Assembly: GCA_017645985.1 (NCBI GenBank)
Contig: JAGCNK010000172.1
Location: 1 to 35,136 of the forward strand
DNA: 35,136 nucleotides
Source of the DNA: Bacteroidales bacterium
GTDB lineage: Bacteria; Bacteroidota; Bacteroidia; Bacteroidales; UBA3824
Direction: 5' to 3'
In this document: positions 29,101 through 35,136 of the stretch, piece by piece
Numbering within the stretch: position 1 is the stretch's first letter
Layout of the letters: each line of letters begins with the position of its first letter
Program-made: the position numbers and the translations under genes
The notes under the pieces: model-generated
Database searches by the model: none
What the model was told of the DNA's origin: nothing
Seen by the model: only the letters and a program-made list of their open reading frames with translations

Positions 29101-29403
29101 GCAGCATAGCGTGAGTATTGTCATAGTAAGCAGCGTGCCCATAAACAGGGTGCGGCTGCCAATGCGTTTCTGAAACCAGGAGTATATCGAAGTGAAAATA
29201 TAACCGCCGATGCCCGCCGCAATGTATGCGTAGGGAAGTTGTTCGCTGCCGAAGAACTTGATAAACTCAGAGTTGGCCGGCGTGAAATAGAACGCGCCTG
29301 CAAGTCCGAGAAAGAACGAATGCAGAAACAGCATCAGGAATATGTTGATTTCCTGAGGTTTGAGTTCGAAATTCTTTATTAAAAAGTGGCTAAGTTTCTT
29401 CAT
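26122..29403 (-). CDS. Fusion protein: nucleotide-carrier-like (TLC/Npt1-type, MFS-fold) 12-TM domain - HEAT/ARM-like helical repeats - degenerate cyclic-nucleotide-binding-like domain
   Basis: ATG at 29403. About 445 aa of TM helices (28068-29403) include WAWPFLS...LVQVKRIFALFSMGGVLAAIIGY, which resembles the ADP/ATP-carrier signature around the conserved KR. About 480 aa of helical repeats follow. The C-terminal ~120 aa (26160-26547) has a cNMP beta-barrel pattern (GDEIMP.....DIIIVLKGTLCV ... LLISRFEYFNIL), but the phosphate-binding cassette reads GLNLDQGANVLTA and lacks the usual GE...R[ST]A residues. Confidence 0.65.
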   Translation of the reverse strand: MKKLSHFLIKNFELKPQEINIFLMLFLHSFFLGLAGAFYFTPANSEFIKFFGSEQLPYAYIAAGIGGYIFTSIYSWFQKRIGSRTLFMGTLLTMTILTLCCRIFLHTVPDKWLSVFVFIWAWPFLSMIGIECGALSLKFLNLVQVKRIFALFSMGGVLAAIIGYLAIPLLNKVISHPYDLLYVSTLGFILGIVFLIMLYNKYPEKLADEKGKKFELIKKEKNDGTGFLQLIKKDYFKYIFICATLSMTIIYVTDFSFLSTVKIHIAPENISQYLALVYAGLKIGEFVISYFSSRLLSRYGVKLGLMILPIAMVVIVTMAAVIGFYPGVECLMFLILITINKSQERILRRGLDDPAFNILYQPLPDNEKFAVQTKVGVVQQFSTAIAGLFILGVNKIITIGGEYDFKWFMLFFVPVLVAWVISSRNLYFSYKDNIRQILADISKEKRRDTSKYQYGAEVIRKYIKKSSQKFTNLAVTILSETNPRSLEAYAGTLLESDDEVVNKAVLRNIDPTWRRRIASPCQKIYESSESPEIRLLAERAKNYLDFSEINTPQPDELSKLASSEFVSDKIKLEKYMLQDDSLLDETIILGLLDSTDKNVKSAAITLAGKLRTQKMISKLISLLESVEYYNTAGTVLLDIGDRVLPALNEYFEKCMQPVILLRIIELYGKFGSAPARAYLIKNINYPNREVQQAVIYAMYFCKYQAEPEDIDTIKQKVSETVENIVWIMSALEDIEDEKNTLKLFQALDIEKQNNLDQLFLLLSFIYEPRIIALIQKNIIGKNTIFALEIIDNFFSQDVKQIVSPLFDDLSAIQKIKKLSYFFPQNKYSFSDRLKEIIKRDFSKIDNWTVSKAVELLGRLHKSKSTASSSSGVMDYKDLSLWVRANLDELLTKIRKSEMPDEIFLCLYHTDEMVYSAAAKIIYEENPIKCSDYLTNMSPKKQQLLSDLTNDQPILIDKVKMLKKHPMYFNVPENLLVKMAEHIRIKQMAKGDEIMPTVPGAAEDIIIVLKGTLCVSETFGDDTYFFKNDIIIKGLNLDQGANVLTAKKDSTVLLISRFEYFNILINETDIIRYVFDENKQNRMADKAEDEEQKD

Positions 29404-29589
29404 TTAAATTAGCGTACTGTTGTTTTTGTTCGGGTTTTATTTGTATCAAAATACAATATGTATACCGATTTTTTAGACATAAATTGTGCCGTAAACCGTC
29501 ATTGTATAGTTTGCGTTCCAAAATTACAAAAGTTTATTGCAATATGGTGCATTTTCTATTGTTAAATTTCTGTTTTTTTTCGTGTTTTT

Positions 29590-29622
29590 TTTGTTTTTTG
29601 TTGTTACGGTTGTTTATTTTTG
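29590..29622 (+). promoter_or_regulatory. Candidate Bacteroides-type promoter for the FAH-family gene
   Basis: TTTG (29590-29593) is followed by 21 nt and then TATTTTTG (29615-29622). It lies 22 nt upstream of the ATG at 29644. Confidence 0.4.
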
Positions 29623-29643
29623 TCTCACAAAACAAAATGAACC

Positions 29644-30258
29644 ATGAAAATTATCTGCATAGCCGCCAATTACCGCAGCCACAACGAGGAGATGAATTTT
29701 GAACGTCCCGCCCAGCCGGTGTTCTTTATCAAGCCCGAGACTGCCCTTCTGCGCAACAATTCTGACTTTTATTATCCCGAATTCTCAAAACAGATAGAGT
29801 ACGAGACCGAGATAGTGGTTAAAATCTGCAAGATGGGCAAGTGCGTTAGTCCCAAGTTTGCCCACAGATATTACGAGGAGATAGGCATCGGACTCGACAT
29901 CACCGCCCGCGACATTCAAAACGAAGCCCGTGCCAAGGGTCTGCCGTGGTTTCTGAGCAAGGGTTTCGACAGTTCCGCGCCCATTTCCCCGGTGTTTGTT
30001 TCCAAGGAGCGGTTCCAGTCGGTGCAGGATATAGATTTTTCGCTTAAGATCAACGGCAACGTGGTGCAGAGCGGCAACACTCGCGACATGCTTTTCTCAA
30101 TCGACGAGATAGTGTCGTATGTGTCGCAGTTTGTTACCTACAAGACCGGCGATCTGATATTCACCGGCACACCCAAAGGCGTGGGTCAGTTGAAGATAGG
30201 CGACTTTTGCGAGGCGTTTATTGGCCAGGAGAAACTGCTGGAGATGCGGGTGAAGTAG
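29644..30258 (+). CDS. Fumarylacetoacetate hydrolase (FAH) family protein
   Basis: The short FAH-domain pattern is present: MKIICIAANY, PVFFIKP, YETEIVVKI, GLDITARD, WFLSKGFD, and GDLIFTGTPKGVG. Length is 204 aa. Confidence 0.85.
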   Translation: MKIICIAANYRSHNEEMNFERPAQPVFFIKPETALLRNNSDFYYPEFSKQIEYETEIVVKICKMGKCVSPKFAHRYYEEIGIGLDITARDIQNEARAKGLPWFLSKGFDSSAPISPVFVSKERFQSVQDIDFSLKINGNVVQSGNTRDMLFSIDEIVSYVSQFVTYKTGDLIFTGTPKGVGQLKIGDFCEAFIGQEKLLEMRVK

Positions 30259-30400
30259 TGGTGGTGGTGTCGGTAGGAGTTACCATCTCTTTGAAATCCT
30301 GCGGCATATACTTGTAGAAAAAATATCCGCCAACTGCAAATATCGCTACGTATATCAGCAATTTGACAATAAGGCTCATTCTTTTTTTCTTCTGTTTCAT
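30218..30400 (-). CDS. Possible small single-pass membrane protein co-transcribed with the PspA-like gene
   Basis: Its ATG lies 12 nt after the upstream stop. A K-rich N-terminus (MKQKKKR) precedes one clear TM helix (LIVKLLIYVAIFAVGGYFFY). The low-complexity T/S/P tail overlaps the convergent FAH gene by 41 nt, so the real 3' extent or even its coding status is uncertain. Confidence 0.35.
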   Translation of the reverse strand: MKQKKKRMSLIVKLLIYVAIFAVGGYFFYKYMPQDFKEMVTPTDTTTTTSPASPAVSPGQ

Positions 30401-30412
30401 GGCTGATAGGTT

Positions 30413-31456
30413 TTAGTGGTTGAAGATATTGGTGTAGTCGCGTGGCGCTCCGGCAGGAATTTTCTCGCCCTTGTTGCGTATAGCGGCGTCGATTTCTGAT
30501 GCCGACATGTGCACAACGTCGCCCTGGGGCAGCTGCGTGGTGTTTTCAAGAAACGAGAGACCTTCGCGCTCCATTTTTTCGAGTTTGGCAATAAGTTCGT
30601 TGCCCTGCTGCTCGAACGCGGCGTTCTGGAGGTTTACGTTGTCGATAAAGTCGCCAGAGAGTTCGATGAATGTGTCCATCTCGCCAATCTTTGCGTAGAT
30701 GTCGTCGGCGAGAGCCTCGTTGGCCATGTCGAACATCATCTTGCGGTCGGTGTCGCCGTTGATTATGTTCATGGCGTGCTTCATAGCCGAGTATCCGCTC
30801 ATGATGGCAGCCGACTCCTGTTTGCGCAGGCGCACCTCGTTTTCAGTGTCCTGAATCATATAGGTGGTGCTGGTGTATATCTTGGTAAGCACGTTGTAGA
30901 GCACGTTCATCTTGCCTATCATGGCGTCGTATTTAGAGTTGAGCTCTTTCAAACGTCCGTACTGGCGGGTGTTGATGGCCACAAGTTCGTCGCGGTTTTG
31001 CACCTTCGCCTGGCGTGCTATCCTTATTTTCTGGTCCATCTCGTTCTGGTTCTGTGACACTATGCTTCTGAGTTTCGACAGCTGTCCGCGGAGTTTTTGG
31101 ATGTTGGTGTTCATCTCGTCGCGGTTTTTCTTAAGGTAGTCGATATACGATTCCAAAATCTTGATGGGGTCGAGCTGCACAAATATTCCCGTGATCTTGC
31201 GCATTATGGCTCTGAATGCGTAAGCCACAAGTTTTCTTGCACGCGAGTCGGTAAATATCAGAGTGATAGTGCCTAAGATGGCAAACAAACCCATTGTGGA
31301 AAAAGGAGTTTCGAACATTGAGCGGAGCAGTTCCAAGGCGGGATTGTGAAATAATCCGAGCGCAGCCGAGCCTGTTATTAGCACCGCGGCGCCGAGTTTG
31401 CCCTCGGGACGACTCCAAAAAGATTTGCGTTTGTATGTTTCTACTTCGTTGCTCAT
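30413..31456 (-). CDS. PspA/IM30-like coiled-coil protein with an N-terminal two-TM anchor
   Basis: ATG at 31456. Two hydrophobic helices lie at about aa 20-40 and 52-72 (31232-31399). A ~230-aa helical region follows that is collinear by eye with E. coli PspA. DPIKILESYIDYLKKNRDEM matches DPQKLVRLMIQEMEDTL, QAKVQNRDELVAINTRQ matches LALLKEREDLARAALIEKQ, and a later LRKQESAA matches LMLRHQAA. Confidence 0.55.
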   Translation of the reverse strand: MSNEVETYKRKSFWSRPEGKLGAAVLITGSAALGLFHNPALELLRSMFETPFSTMGLFAILGTITLIFTDSRARKLVAYAFRAIMRKITGIFVQLDPIKILESYIDYLKKNRDEMNTNIQKLRGQLSKLRSIVSQNQNEMDQKIRIARQAKVQNRDELVAINTRQYGRLKELNSKYDAMIGKMNVLYNVLTKIYTSTTYMIQDTENEVRLRKQESAAIMSGYSAMKHAMNIINGDTDRKMMFDMANEALADDIYAKIGEMDTFIELSGDFIDNVNLQNAAFEQQGNELIAKLEKMEREGLSFLENTTQLPQGDVVHMSASEIDAAIRNKGEKIPAGAPRDYTNIFNH

Positions 31457-31479
31457 TTTTTTATTGTTTTTTTGGTGTA

Positions 31480-31487
31480 CAAATTTA
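31480..31487 (-). promoter_or_regulatory. Candidate -7 element for the PspA-like gene
   Basis: The minus strand reads TAAATTTG, an exact TAnnTTTG match, 24 nt upstream of the ATG at 31456. I found no correctly spaced -33 TTTG. Confidence 0.3.
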
Positions 31488-31592
31488 CAAAAAAAAATGC
31501 TCTTTTTTTATCGTGGTTTCAAAAATATCGGTATATTTATAAAAAATTTGAACAAGCATTGTTTTACCAAATAGTTGATTTAAATTGCCGAT

Positions 31593-32216
31593 ATGAAAAG
31601 ATTTGATGAAAAATTCCGCACCAAACTTTACGAGGGTGTGGCAGAAATAGAAAACAACTCGCAGACCGAGTGTGTGGTTATTATCAAGAAGGCTTCGGGA
31701 ACATACACGCCGTATGCCTTTGCGGCTGCCGCGATACTGAGCTTTGTGGTGTTCTCGTTTTTTATGTTTGCGCCGTTTGAGTACGACACTTATTTTATGT
31801 ACGGTTTCACGGTTCTTGTGTTTGGAGCGGCGCTCGCCTGCTTCTCATTCCTTCCGGCTCTGCAGCGTATCATCGTTCCCAAAAAAATCAGACGGAAGAA
31901 TGTGGAAATATACGGTCGTGCCATTTTTCAGAAGGGTATGATTTACAACACTATGGAGCATACCGGATTTCTGGTTTACTGCTCCGTTACCGAAAAAGAG
32001 TCGGTGTTTGTTCCCGACCACGGACTTGAACTTCTGATCGACGATGTGGATATGGCCAAACTCAAAGATCTGTTTGAGAATGTGTTCGACTCTGCCGACG
32101 TGCCCGCGCAGATACTCAAGGCTATGCATGAGTCGGTTCCGATTTTTGCCAAATATTTCCCCCACAGAGAAGACGACATCAACGAGCTTCCCGATGATTT
32201 GGACGTAGATTTGTAA
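31593..32216 (+). CDS. Membrane protein with a split TPM-like domain (hypothetical)
   Basis: ATG at 31593. An N-terminal IENNSQTECVVIIKKASG strand is followed by two TM helices. Next comes a TGFLVYCSVTEKESVFVPDHGLE segment resembling the TPM (TLP18.3/Psb32/MOLO-1) core strand pair. The tail is acidic. The family call is tentative. Confidence 0.45.
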   Translation: MKRFDEKFRTKLYEGVAEIENNSQTECVVIIKKASGTYTPYAFAAAAILSFVVFSFFMFAPFEYDTYFMYGFTVLVFGAALACFSFLPALQRIIVPKKIRRKNVEIYGRAIFQKGMIYNTMEHTGFLVYCSVTEKESVFVPDHGLELLIDDVDMAKLKDLFENVFDSADVPAQILKAMHESVPIFAKYFPHREDDINELPDDLDVDL

Positions 32217-32241
32217 CATATATAATATATAAGGTGTAGGT

Positions 32242-33762
32242 ATGAAAGACAAGTTTTACAAATATAAGTTTATATGGCTGACACTCATAGTGTTGGCAGT
32301 TTTTGCATTGATAAGCGTATTTATGCCCGAAGCGGCCTTTGCACGTCCCGGCGGTGGACACGGATACCATGGCGGCGGAGGCGGTCACCATAGCGGCGGT
32401 CACGGAGGCAGCAGCAGTGGCAGCGACGGTCTTGCGTCTTTGATCGTGTACTGCTTGTTCAATTATCCTGTGCCTACGCTTATTGTCCTGGGCATACTTG
32501 CGTTGATATATATGATTTCAAACAAGACGAGCGGCAATTCGGGTGTGTCGTCTACGCCTACACGTCAGAATATTATAGCCAACTCGTCGCATCGTGAGAT
32601 GAAGCTGGCGGGATTGAGAAAGGACGACCCGAATTTCTCCACACCTATATTCCTTGATTACGCCTCGCTGCTATTTACCAAGATGCACCTTTATATCGGC
32701 GGCGAAAAACTCAAAGAGGTTCAGCCGTTTTTTAACACCACTTTAGAAAAATGGAACAACTATGATATTTCGGAGGTGGTGATAGGCTCTGCTGACATTG
32801 TTTCGGTATCAAACGGACGGTTGGATGATACCAATCAGACTGTTACTAAGATAGTTGTAGAGTTTCACGCCAACTATACCGCCAAAGCCAAGGCCAACGG
32901 CGCGGTATTCCGCTGCAACACTGTGGAAAACTGGCAGTTTGTGCGCAAGGTAGGGGTGGTTTCGGCTATACCCGAGGGAATGGGCGTGCTCAGATGTCCG
33001 TGCTGCGGCGCAAGTGCCGAATTTACCGATTCGGGCGAATGTAAGCACTGCGGCAATCTGATTAGCAACACCGACAACGTTTGGATTGTAAACGCTGTAA
33101 CCGTGGTGTCGACCGAACGTGTAAAGACTTCGGATGTAATCACTTACTCTGTAGAAGTAGGAACAGGCAACGCCACTATCTACGACAGCCATCTGCAAGA
33201 GCGTGAGGCCGAGTTTATACAGACACACAACAATATGGGCTACAGAGATTTTGAGCAGAATATCGCAGTTCCCTATTTCTTGGATATCTACAAGCTGTAT
33301 TCTTCGCTTGAATGGAACAAGGCACGCCACCTGCTCAGCGACCGTCTGTGGCAGAGTATGAACTACTGGATACAGTTCTGCCGCGACTATGGTTGCCGCA
33401 ATGTGCTCGACAATGTTACTATTCAGAAGGTCAATGTGGTTAAGTACGAGAGCGACCGCTTTTACGACACCGTAACAGTAAGAATTTTTGCATACTGCTT
33501 CGACTATTACGCCGACAGCACTGGCAAGGTGATAGCCGGCAACAGCAGCAAGGAGCGTGTGTTTAGCGAGTACTGGACATTCGTCAGCCGCAAGGGCGTA
33601 AGCCTAGAACATAAGTCTACATCGTGCTGTCCCAACTGCGGCGCACCTGCCGACAATATGGGTCAGTCGGGAGTTTGCGGATACTGCGGATCCAAGATTA
33701 CCGACGCCAACTTCTCTTGGGTGCTCTTCTCGATAACACAAGACGAGGAGTACGCCGGATAG
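32242..33762 (+). CDS. Membrane protein with Gly/His-rich linker, two Tim44-like domains and two CxxC...CxxC zinc ribbons
   Basis: A signal/TM helix is followed by RPGGGHGYHGGGGGHHSGGHGGSSSGSDG (32344-32430) and a second TM. Tim44-like signatures are ENWQFVRK and EYWTFVSRKG, each followed by a ribbon. The ribbons are CPCCGASAEFTDSGECKHCG (32995-33054) and CCPNCGAPADNMGQSGVCGYCG (33625-33690). It starts 25 nt after the preceding gene. Confidence 0.7.
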   Translation: MKDKFYKYKFIWLTLIVLAVFALISVFMPEAAFARPGGGHGYHGGGGGHHSGGHGGSSSGSDGLASLIVYCLFNYPVPTLIVLGILALIYMISNKTSGNSGVSSTPTRQNIIANSSHREMKLAGLRKDDPNFSTPIFLDYASLLFTKMHLYIGGEKLKEVQPFFNTTLEKWNNYDISEVVIGSADIVSVSNGRLDDTNQTVTKIVVEFHANYTAKAKANGAVFRCNTVENWQFVRKVGVVSAIPEGMGVLRCPCCGASAEFTDSGECKHCGNLISNTDNVWIVNAVTVVSTERVKTSDVITYSVEVGTGNATIYDSHLQEREAEFIQTHNNMGYRDFEQNIAVPYFLDIYKLYSSLEWNKARHLLSDRLWQSMNYWIQFCRDYGCRNVLDNVTIQKVNVVKYESDRFYDTVTVRIFAYCFDYYADSTGKVIAGNSSKERVFSEYWTFVSRKGVSLEHKSTSCCPNCGAPADNMGQSGVCGYCGSKITDANFSWVLFSITQDEEYAG

Positions 33763-33775
33763 GAAGAAGGCCGGG

Positions 33776-33849
33776 TGGAATTAGTTAATTGAAATTGTTA
33801 AATTGGAATTGGTTAATTGAGATTAATAAATTGAAACTAACTAATTCCA
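33776..33849. repeat. AT-rich inverted repeat (12-bp perfect stem, 50-nt loop) between convergent genes; possible bidirectional terminator
   Basis: TGGAATTAGTTA (33776-33787) is the exact reverse complement of TAACTAATTCCA (33838-33849). A competing 11-bp pairing joins AAATTGGAATT (33800-33810) with AATTCCAATTT (33843-33853). Confidence 0.6.
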
Positions 33850-33853
33850 ATTT

Positions 33854-33904
33854 ATTCTATATTCCAATCAATTACAATTAATTCTATATTCCAATCAATT
33901 ACAA
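33854..33904. repeat. Tandem direct repeat, two identical 24-nt copies at 27-nt period
   Basis: ATTCTATATTCCAATCAATTACAA occurs at 33854-33877 and again at 33881-33904. Confidence 0.9.
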
Positions 33905-33934
33905 ATAATTGAAAAACAGATTGTTTGGCTTAAC

Positions 33935-35136
33935 TTATACAATCTCAATACCTAGAACGGTGATGTCGTCGCGCTGGTCGCAGTCGCCTTTGAAAGTGTT
34001 GAGGTCGTTGAGAATGTAGTTCTTCTGCTGGTCGATGTCCATCGTTACAGAATCCTTGATGGCGTCCAAAAGACGTTTGATTGTGTAACGTTTGCGCTCG
34101 TAGTTGTTCTGGTCGCCGATACCGTCGGAAGTCATATATATACGGTCGCCCTTGAACAGCTCCTCCGACTTGTCGGTGAATGTTACCGACGACTCCCTGT
34201 TGCGGAACTTGCCGCCGATACCCTTGCGCGATGTTTTCATAGTGATGATTTCGCCGGTCTGCGAGTTGTAGCGGTGCACGGGGAATTTGGCGCCCTCGTA
34301 GGTCAGGCGGGTCTTTCCGTCAGAAAACTTTTCTATCTTGCAGAATATTGCCTCCATACCGTCGTCGTTGTCGGTCTCCTCCTGACGGAGCATCTTGCGC
34401 ACGTTGCGGTTGAGCTCGTCTAAGATTTCGGCGGGTGAATGTATGAACTGCTGTTTGATAATCTGGTCTAAGAGGTTGATGCCGATAAGGCTCATAAACG
34501 CGCCGGGAACACCGTGACCTGTGCAGTCGATAACGCTGATGAATGTTACCTCGCGCTCGTCGTACTTGATGGTGTGGAAATAGTAGAAGTCGCCGCTCAC
34601 GATATCTTTGGGCATGTAAATCACAAATGTTTTAAACACTTTGTCCATGTCGGAGGTGGTGGGCAACATGGCAGACTGTATAGTTTGAGCGTAACGAATA
34701 CTACCGAGAGTGTTTTCCTTGCTGCGGCGTAGAGCCTCGTTGATCTGGCTGAGGTAGACCGACTGGCTTTCAAGCTCCTCTTTCTGGGCGAGAATCTCGG
34801 CGGTCTGTTCGCAGAGTATCGTGTTCTGCTTTTTGTTGTTGGCGTACAGCCTCATAATTATAATACTGAGAATCAATGCGCCAGCCAGCATTATTACTAT
34901 AAGGAGTATGATATTGTGCTGTGTGGAAATTCGCGATGTCATAATCTTGACATTGGCGTCTTGTTTTAGCAGCTTTTCGTCAAGCTCTTTTGAACTGTTG
35001 AGCTGCTTGTAAAGTCCATAGGCGTTTGTAGAGTCGATAGGAATAGTAGTAAGCCTGATTTCACGAGGCACAGATTCACCGTTGAGAATCTTGATGGCAG
35101 TTTCAATAGCTTCGTCGCTACCGTTGGGGTAGAGGA
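33935..35136 (-). CDS. Membrane-bound PP2C-family (SpoIIE/RsbU-type) serine phosphatase with periplasmic sensor domain (5' end outside the window)
   Basis: The frame stays open upstream of the tracked GTG start (35071) to the window edge (...LYPNGSDEAIETAIKILNGES-VPREI...). One TM lies at about 34847-34915, followed by a coiled coil. PP2C motifs are SGDFYYF, IDCTGHGVPGAFMS, DGMEAIFC, MTSDGIGDQ and DDITVLGIEI. Stop TAA is at 33935-33937. Confidence 0.85.
   Translation of the reverse strand, partial: LYPNGSDEAIETAIKILNGESVPREIRLTTIPIDSTNAYGLYKQLNSSKELDEKLLKQDANVKIMTSRISTQHNIILLIVIMLAGALILSIIIMRLYANNKKQNTILCEQTAEILAQKEELESQSVYLSQINEALRRSKENTLGSIRYAQTIQSAMLPTTSDMDKVFKTFVIYMPKDIVSGDFYYFHTIKYDEREVTFISVIDCTGHGVPGAFMSLIGINLLDQIIKQQFIHSPAEILDELNRNVRKMLRQEETDNDDGMEAIFCKIEKFSDGKTRLTYEGAKFPVHRYNSQTGEIITMKTSRKGIGGKFRNRESSVTFTDKSEELFKGDRIYMTSDGIGDQNNYERKRYTIKRLLDAIKDSVTMDIDQQKNYILNDLNTFKGDCDQRDDITVLGIEIV

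Noticed and set aside
29484-29702. A 72-aa ORF in the transporter/FAH divergent spacer.
   Set aside because: Its translation is dominated by F/L/C from poly-T tracts. It overlaps the promoter match and the start of the FAH gene in another frame. It is almost certainly non-coding.
33763-33934. CRISPR-like or other repeat array.
   Set aside because: There are only two direct-repeat copies with a 3-nt spacer, no cas genes, and AT-rich low-complexity content. It is not a CRISPR array.

Overview
This 35.1-kb chromosomal window is probably from a member of Bacteroidota, likely Bacteroidales. That call is an inference from several exact matches to the Bacteroides-type promoter consensus (-33 TTTG, -7 TAnnTTTG), AT-rich intergenic DNA, and an OmpA/TPR/PD40 lipoprotein-like gene. 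No BLAST was possible. I saw no rRNA, tRNA, CRISPR array, integrase or transposase. Housekeeping genes (HAD phosphatase, lysA, priA, a class-I aminotransferase, a CE1-type esterase, an FAH-family hydrolase) are interleaved with an unusually dense set of signal-transduction and envelope genes. (1) A tightly packed 12-kb, five-gene minus-strand operon (13367->1519) encodes two paralogous membrane receptors (sensor-TM-HAMP-GAF, one with an added PAS) that have no catalytic output. These are followed by a YfiR/DUF4154-like periplasmic protein, a hybrid histidine kinase/receiver, and a 1470-1495-aa AAA_16 (STAND) ATPase with a very long TPR array. (2) Two tandem dCache-HAMP methyl-accepting chemotaxis-type receptors have no che genes in view. 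(3) A 1093-aa fusion joins a nucleotide-carrier-like 12-TM domain, HEAT-like repeats and a degenerate cyclic-nucleotide-binding-like domain. (4) A divergent envelope cluster holds a TM-anchored PspA/IM30-like protein plus a mini-TM ORF, opposite a TPM-like membrane protein and a double Tim44-like/zinc-ribbon protein. (5) A membrane PP2C (SpoIIE-type) phosphatase is truncated by the window edge. The five-gene operon is my best candidate for an undescribed system. All functional calls come from motif recognition by eye and need HMM or structure confirmation.
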